In this document: piece by piece, positions 58,565 to 64,000 of the stretch
How the letters are laid out: every line of letters starts with the position of its first letter
Numbering within the stretch: position 1 is the first letter of the stretch
Source: Terriglobia bacterium
GTDB taxonomy: Bacteria; Acidobacteriota; Terriglobia; 20CM-2-55-15
Direction of reading: 5' to 3'
Assembly: GCA_963664115.2 (NCBI GenBank)
Contig: CAXWPJ010000002.1
Coordinates: 576,001 to 640,000, forward strand
Length of the DNA stretch: 64,000 nucleotides
The notes under the pieces: model-generated
Databases searched by the model: none
Told to the model about the DNA's origin: nothing
Seen by the model: the letters and a program-made list of their open reading frames with translations, nothing else
Made by a program: the position numbers and the translations under genes

Positions 58565-59182
58565 ATGATTAGAATGCGTTTCGTTATTGGTGTGATCGCG
58601 GTTACTTTGCTGAGCTCAGGGCTTGCCCTCGCCCAGCAGGATCCGATGACCTTCTTCGTCACGAGCCAGGGCCCTGGCGAGGGCAGCGACTTCGGTGGTT
58701 TAGCTGGAGCCGACGCGCACTGTCAGATGCTCGCCGCTGATGAGGATGCCGGTGACCGCACCTGGCGTGCCTACCTCAGCACCCAGGGTCCGAATGCCGT
58801 CAATGCGCGTGACCGTATCGGCACGGGGCCATGGCATAACGCCCAGGGCGTCCTCGTGGGTGCCGACGTCGATGAGATGCACGGCATGGGGCATCGGTTT
58901 AATTTCTCGAGGATGCTCGACGAGGGCGGCAATCTGATCCCCGGTGGAGGATACTCGCCGAACCGGCATGACGTCCTGACGGGCTCGCAGGCCGACGGTA
59001 CGGCTTTTGCGGCAGGCGAAGACATGACCTGCAATAACTGGACTAGCAGCAGTGACGGAAAAGCCAGGATCGGTCACCATGACCGCGCAGCCTGGAATTC
59101 AGCCCACGATAGCCGTGGTTGCAGTCAGGAACAGTTGCGGTCTTCTGGCGGCGACGGCTTGTTTTATTGTTTCGCCCAGTAG
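58565..59182 (+). CDS. Secreted C-type-lectin-fold / endostatin-like protein
   Basis: Signal peptide, FFVTS..GGLAGADAHCQ, WRAYLS, ARDRIG.GPW, CNNWTS, GLFYCFA. Confidence 0.75.
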   Translation: MIRMRFVIGVIAVTLLSSGLALAQQDPMTFFVTSQGPGEGSDFGGLAGADAHCQMLAADEDAGDRTWRAYLSTQGPNAVNARDRIGTGPWHNAQGVLVGADVDEMHGMGHRFNFSRMLDEGGNLIPGGGYSPNRHDVLTGSQADGTAFAAGEDMTCNNWTSSSDGKARIGHHDRAAWNSAHDSRGCSQEQLRSSGGDGLFYCFAQ

Positions 59183-59221
59183 GCTGACGGACCGGCTCGA
59201 GGTTCGGTCACTTGATCATTC

Positions 59222-59287
59222 TCAACACGAAGGCACGATGGAACACGCAGAAATCAGGACTTCGTGTTCTTCGTGCCTTCGTGTTGA
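59222..59287. repeat. 17-bp inverted repeat of CACGAAG-type units overlapping the mutY 3' end
   Basis: TCAACACGAAGGCACGA (59222-59238) / TCGTGCCTTCGTGTTGA (59271-59287). Confidence 0.85.
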
Positions 59288-60249
59288 AAGATTTCATAGA
59301 TCTTCCGGGTCAGTGATGTGACGGGAAGAGCGTCAAACTGTACGCGTTTGCAGCCCGGGCGGCGTCCGAGTTTGCCGCGGTAGACCTGAACATGGACCCT
59401 GTGGTGTGTGATCGCATGGCGCGTCGTACCGATCAGCTCGAAGGATCCTGCGGGTGCCTCCGGGAAAGAAGGGAATTCCCAGAGCCCATCGGTCTCACGC
59501 ATGAGGATGCCCCGCTGATTGCTGTCGATCACTGCGTGGAGGTCGACTCGGATCGTTTCAGGTCTCTTCCTTGGCCGAGGGATGTCTTCCTGCGCTCCGG
59601 TACGGTACGCCTTACAGATCTTATTCCAGGGACACGCTGAGCATCGAGGTGCTCGAGGCGTGCAGACGGTCGCTCCAAGTTCCATCATCGCTTGATTCAC
59701 GACGCGCGGTTCGCCTGAGTGTGCCACCGCGTCGGCTGCCTCCCAGAGGGTTTTGTCCTTTACCTCTTCCCATCCATTGACCCGGGACAACACACGGCGC
59801 ACATTGCCGTCCACGATCGGATACGGTTCGTTGAAGGCAATACTCATAAGGGCTCCAGCCATGTAACGGCCGATGCCGGGAAGTTGGAGCAGCGCGGCAT
59901 GGGAATCGGGCAGTTCGCCTCCGTGCTCGTCCATGACCTGTGCGGCCGCGGCTCTGAAGTTGCGTGCGCGGCTGTAATAACCCAGTCCGGACCAGAGCCC
60001 GAGAACTTCGGCTTCGCTCGAACGGGCCAGAATTTCGATTGTGGGGAAGCGAGCGAGAAAGCGTTCGTAGTAAGGCAGGGCGGTATCGACCTGCGTCTGC
60101 TGCAACATCACTTCTGAAACCCAGACATGGTAGGGATCGTAGCTCTTACGCCACGGCAGCTGACGGTGCATCTTCCTGAACCAGTCTTCGAGAGACCGGG
60201 TCGCAGATTGTGAAGGGGTCGGTTTACGTTGCCGCGAGTTCGTTCTCAC
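59254..60249 (-). CDS. mutY: A/G-specific adenine glycosylase
   Basis: LPWR, WVSEVMLQQTQV, WSGLGYYSRAR, LPGIGRY, VDGNVRRV, 4Fe-4S CTPRAPRCSACPW..C. Confidence 0.95.
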   Translation of the reverse strand: MRTNSRQRKPTPSQSATRSLEDWFRKMHRQLPWRKSYDPYHVWVSEVMLQQTQVDTALPYYERFLARFPTIEILARSSEAEVLGLWSGLGYYSRARNFRAAAAQVMDEHGGELPDSHAALLQLPGIGRYMAGALMSIAFNEPYPIVDGNVRRVLSRVNGWEEVKDKTLWEAADAVAHSGEPRVVNQAMMELGATVCTPRAPRCSACPWNKICKAYRTGAQEDIPRPRKRPETIRVDLHAVIDSNQRGILMRETDGLWEFPSFPEAPAGSFELIGTTRHAITHHRVHVQVYRGKLGRRPGCKRVQFDALPVTSLTRKIYEIFQHEGTKNTKS

Positions 60250-61366
60250 GCGTCTCGGCAGAGTCTTTCAAGTCCTGTTCTACTTTCTTGATCTGCACCA
60301 GATGCTGCGGGTTGAAGGCGAGGGAAGGATAATAGCAGTTGCTTTCGTGTGTGCAGAAGCAACCGTCGGCAACTTCCTCCCGGCGGGCATCCATGGCGGG
60401 TGAGTACCACAACTTCGAGAAATCCCAGTCGTAATCCCGAAGATTGCCCACGGGTTTGAGGATCTCACAACTGGAAACCGTTCCCTCGTCGTAAATGACG
60501 CCACCGGCATCTCCGGCGAAACATCGGAGCTGTGGCCGGCCTTCCAAAGCTGTTTTCGCGATCAACTCGTGCATATAGACGTCGATGGCCGCTTTGAAGA
60601 AACCTGCATCTCCCGAGTAGCTGTTCTTGAGTGCAGCGTGCGCGGAATCCTGACCGATCTGTTTCGTCAAGTTGTAGTAGCGGGTGATGTCGATATCAAG
60701 CTCTGTGGGAACGGCTGATGGCGGCCGGATGTAGTTGACGTTCACTTTGTCCGGTTTGAGGTCGTTCTTCAGGAAGTCGTACCAGTCGAAGATGCGGTCC
60801 TGATTGCTGTTCATGAAACACGTGCAGGTCTGAATGTCCAGGCGAGGCGTATCCACCTTGATTTCCTGAAGCCGACGGGCCGTGTCGATCGCGATGTCCC
60901 AGCTGCCTGGCTTCTGACGGATTTTCTCGTGATCTTCTTTCAATCCATCAATGCCCAGCGCGACCGTCACGTTAAGGTTCGGGCACTCGTCAAGGATGCG
61001 GGCAACGTCGGGCAATATGCGCTGCTGAATTTGCCCGTTCGACATGAGATAGATCGATTCGAGTCGATTGTTTTCGTAGAAAGCGCGCGCGATTTCCGGA
61101 AGGTCCCGCCGAGTGAACGGCTCACCACCGGCGATGACCAGCACACCGAGGTTTGCGCCGAGGGTTTCGCTGATGCGCTCCAGCTCATGGGTCTTCATCT
61201 GATTCTTCTTACGGGGTTTGTCATTGAGTTCGTCCGTGAAGAAGCAGTGGATGCACCGCATGTCACAGACCGAGGTGACAAGTATGTTCAGCAGAATCGG
61301 GGCAAACGGGCGCCCTGTCACCATTCGGGTGTATCGCTTCAGGATTTCCTTGTTGTGAAAGTCCAT
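60224..61366 (-). CDS. Radical SAM enzyme with C-terminal SPASM/Twitch-like domain
   Basis: CDMRCIHC (CxxxCxxC), GGEPF, SNG, C-terminal CFAG...SSCE...CFCTHESNC. Confidence 0.9.
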   Translation of the reverse strand: MDFHNKEILKRYTRMVTGRPFAPILLNILVTSVCDMRCIHCFFTDELNDKPRKKNQMKTHELERISETLGANLGVLVIAGGEPFTRRDLPEIARAFYENNRLESIYLMSNGQIQQRILPDVARILDECPNLNVTVALGIDGLKEDHEKIRQKPGSWDIAIDTARRLQEIKVDTPRLDIQTCTCFMNSNQDRIFDWYDFLKNDLKPDKVNVNYIRPPSAVPTELDIDITRYYNLTKQIGQDSAHAALKNSYSGDAGFFKAAIDVYMHELIAKTALEGRPQLRCFAGDAGGVIYDEGTVSSCEILKPVGNLRDYDWDFSKLWYSPAMDARREEVADGCFCTHESNCYYPSLAFNPQHLVQIKKVEQDLKDSAETRENELAAT

Positions 61367-61429
61367 AATTGCGCTTTCAGATTTCAGACTGCAGATGCGG
61401 TCCCTCTAGCGTTTCGAGTATACAGGCTG

Positions 61430-62416
61430 CTAAGGATTCTCGGAAACCGGTACCCTGCCGGGTGCGTAATAGCCGGGCTTGGTTTGGACTTCGAGTCTGG
61501 GGAAGCCTCTGGGAGCGTTGATCTTGACCTCTACTTCGCGCCAGGTGCCGTCGAACGCACGGTTGGTGGGGTTATAACCCAGCGTAAAGTGATTGCGGAG
61601 ATCGCGTGCGACCCTTCGGCACAGTTCTTCCACTTCATCCAGAAATTCTGGAAAATAGGCCTGTCCGCCCGTGGACTCTGCGATCTGGCGAAGTTCGCGT
61701 TTGGCTCTTGAGGAGGGTGATCGACGGAACAGTCCGCCACGCTGATCGTTCAACTCGAGCAGGCCGATGACGTACACCGTGACTTCGGCTTCTCTCAGGC
61801 GTTCCATTATGCGGTTGAAACCGAATTTGCTGGCATTGTCCTCGCCGTCACTGATGATGAGCACTGCCTTCTTGTCCATGCGTCCGTTGGCTTCAACATG
61901 TTCGATCGAAAGATAGATCGCGTCGTTCAATGCAGTTTCGCCCCGCGTGTCGACGTTTTCCAGAGTATCGACCAGGTTTCCGATGCTCCCGGTGAAATCC
62001 TGTTCCAGGTAGGCCTCGTCGTCAAAATTGACGATGAACGTTTCGTCTTCAGGATTGCCCTCTCGTATGAACACCAGTGCCGCACTGTTGACGCGTTCCC
62101 GTTTGTTGCGCATACTGCCGCTGTTATCGATTACGAGCCCGATGCTTATAGGCACGTCCTCATGTTGAAACAGTGAGATGTCCTGCCGGACGCCGTCCTC
62201 ATATATCTCGAAATGTTGCTGATCGAGACCGATGACTGGAACGCCATCGCGGTCTACAACCGAAACCGGAAGCTGGACGAGCTCGACATCGACGCTGATC
62301 TGGAATTCGCTATCTTCGTTCCGTTCCAGCTGTTGGGCGTCTGCGGTTAGAGGGAAGGCGAGTAGAAGGAGAGGAAGCGTGTAGCGACCGAGTGCGTGTC
62401 CGGGAATGGATTCCAT
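61430..62416 (-). CDS. Secreted VWA domain protein (Acidobacterial VWFA-related type)
   Basis: VDVELVQLPVSV, FEIYEDG, MIDAS DNSGS, TALNDA, ISDGEDN, LA..TGG, GYYAP; ATG 62416. Confidence 0.9.
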   Translation of the reverse strand: MESIPGHALGRYTLPLLLLAFPLTADAQQLERNEDSEFQISVDVELVQLPVSVVDRDGVPVIGLDQQHFEIYEDGVRQDISLFQHEDVPISIGLVIDNSGSMRNKRERVNSAALVFIREGNPEDETFIVNFDDEAYLEQDFTGSIGNLVDTLENVDTRGETALNDAIYLSIEHVEANGRMDKKAVLIISDGEDNASKFGFNRIMERLREAEVTVYVIGLLELNDQRGGLFRRSPSSRAKRELRQIAESTGGQAYFPEFLDEVEELCRRVARDLRNHFTLGYNPTNRAFDGTWREVEVKINAPRGFPRLEVQTKPGYYAPGRVPVSENP

Positions 62417-62427
62417 GGTCGCGCCTG

Positions 62428-63369
62428 CTAACGGACGGGGGCGTAGTAACCCTGTTTGGCTCGGACCGACAGGCGGGGCGCTCCCCGTGGAGGATTGACC
62501 CGGACCTGAATATCGCGCCATTCGCCGTCAGTTTCCTTGTTGGACGAGAAATAGCCGATAACGTATTGGTTCTTGAGCTCGACAGCGATCCGTCGCGTAA
62601 TGTCTTCGAGTTCAAACACCGAATTCGGGAAGAACGAGCGGCCACCGGTCACTTCCGCCAGTTCCTCAATCAATCCGCGTCCCGTGCGTCCCAGTCCCAA
62701 CTGTGAGTTGAACGAGTCGACGATACCTATGGCGTAAAGCTGTACGTCGGACTCCCTGACGTATTCGCGAACGTTTCGGAACGTGTAGCGGCTCCGATTG
62801 TCCTGCCCATCGGTAATCATGAGGAGAGCTTTCTTCGGGTTCCTGCCTTCCTTCACCTTTTCGAGTCCCAGATAAACGGCGTCGTAGAGAGCAGTCATGC
62901 CTCCCGCGGGGGTAAAAATGAGCTCGTTCTGCAGTCTGGCGATGTCGCTGGTGAAGCCCTGCGCGACTTCTGCCCGGCCGCTGAACGGGACAAGGAAGTG
63001 CTCGTCCTGTGGACTGCCTGTCTGAAGGAAGGTCACCGCAGCGTCTCGTGCGACCGACAGCTTTTCCTTCATGCTGCCGCTGACGTCAAAGATGATGCCG
63101 ACGCTCAGGGGAACGTCTTCGGCAGAAAAGTACTGGATGTCCTGCTCGACGCGATCTTCATAGATTTGGAAATGGTCGCCCTGCATTCCCGTCACGGGAC
63201 GGCCGGTCTGGGAATCGCTCACGGTCGCGTTGACCAGAACAAGATCGACGTTAACGCTTAATGTCTGTTCGAGGGCATTCCCCAGGTCCTGGGAGTGCGC
63301 GGCGAAGGCGAGGAGCATCAACACGCCCGGCAATGCGCCTGAGGCCAGTATCCATTTTTTGCACCGCAT
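62428..63369 (-). CDS. Secreted VWA domain protein (Acidobacterial VWFA-related type)
   Basis: VNVDLVLVNATV, MIDAS DVSGS, TALYDA, ITDGQDN, QYVIGY, GYYAP. Confidence 0.9.
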   Translation of the reverse strand: MRCKKWILASGALPGVLMLLAFAAHSQDLGNALEQTLSVNVDLVLVNATVSDSQTGRPVTGMQGDHFQIYEDRVEQDIQYFSAEDVPLSVGIIFDVSGSMKEKLSVARDAAVTFLQTGSPQDEHFLVPFSGRAEVAQGFTSDIARLQNELIFTPAGGMTALYDAVYLGLEKVKEGRNPKKALLMITDGQDNRSRYTFRNVREYVRESDVQLYAIGIVDSFNSQLGLGRTGRGLIEELAEVTGGRSFFPNSVFELEDITRRIAVELKNQYVIGYFSSNKETDGEWRDIQVRVNPPRGAPRLSVRAKQGYYAPVR

Positions 63370-63642
63370 CGGTACTGCTCCCGCGAGGGGGGCCTTTCGA
63401 GGCCCGCAAATTCAACGCGACCTTAGATTTGTCTAGCGGAACGAATTTGATTATAGTCCCCGGTCATTCCCGGGCGCAAGTAATGTTACTGGTAGATTGT
63501 TACTCACGGGATGTTTAGATACTTATGTTTAGGTCGGATAAGGTCCAGATCGATATGGATTTCTTTTCGGTCTTTAAGCGCAACAGCCGATGCGAACCCT
63601 GTGCTATAGTCAGCGGGTGATTTAGATCAAATCACCTTCCGG

Positions 63643-64000
63643 ATGAACGGGAACGGCTCAGTTGCGATCATACCTGCACGCTATAACTCGAGCCGACTCC
63701 CGGGCAAACCCCTGAAACAAATCGAAGGCCGGACTCTGATCGAGCACGTATACCGGCGTGTGGAACTTGCGCGAGGATTGGATAGGATTCTGGTCGCCAC
63801 AGACGACGATCGCATACAGGAAGCAGTCGCGGCTTTCGGTGGAGACGCAGTTCTCACCCGTAGCGAGCATCAGAGCGGGACCGATCGTCTGGCGGAGGCT
63901 GTGGCCGGCATGCCTGATGACACGATCGTCATCAATGTGCAGGGTGACGAGCCACTCATCGAGCCCGAGTTGATCGAAAAGGCGCTAGGAGTCGCCCGTT
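63643..64000 (+). CDS. kdsB: 3-deoxy-manno-octulosonate cytidylyltransferase, 3'-truncated by window edge
   Basis: Translated by hand from ATG 63643: VAIIPARYNSSRLPGKPL...VATDD...HQSGTDR...INVQGDEP; absent from the ORF track because no stop lies in the window. Confidence 0.93.
   Translation, partial: MNGNGSVAIIPARYNSSRLPGKPLKQIEGRTLIEHVYRRVELARGLDRILVATDDDRIQEAVAAFGGDAVLTRSEHQSGTDRLAEAVAGMPDDTIVINVQGDEPLIEPELIEKALGVAR

Overview
Bacterial chromosomal window, probably Acidobacteriota (inferred from the tandem secreted VWA paralogues, the Acidobacteria-style TonB-dependent receptor and the dcw gene order). It is mostly housekeeping DNA: a fatty-acid cluster (rpmF-plsX-fabD-acpP-fabF, without fabH or fabG), the dcw cluster mraZ to ftsZ, nfeD/stomatin-SPOR-lnt-prfB (+1 frameshift)-recG-rsmD-coaD-aminotransferase, mutY, a radical SAM enzyme and the start of kdsB. 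One accessory hotspot (about 16.7-21.1 kb) centres on tRNA-Arg(CCT). It holds a 970-bp single-gene islet bounded by a displaced tRNA 3' half, gene debris, an IS1380 element that truncated a TonB receptor gene, and a repeat patch. The least explained signal is non-coding. At least five families of short palindromic or tandem elements sit at operon junctions, including a 3 x 118-bp array inside the dcw operon whose end motif reappears as the start codon region of recG. A 71-bp palindrome lies exactly at the symmetry axis of two back-to-back, apparently leaderless promoters, and there is a structured leader of about 200 nt before a DksA/TraR-like gene. No CRISPR array, rRNA or complete prophage was seen. 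All family calls come from reading motifs by eye, not from database searches.
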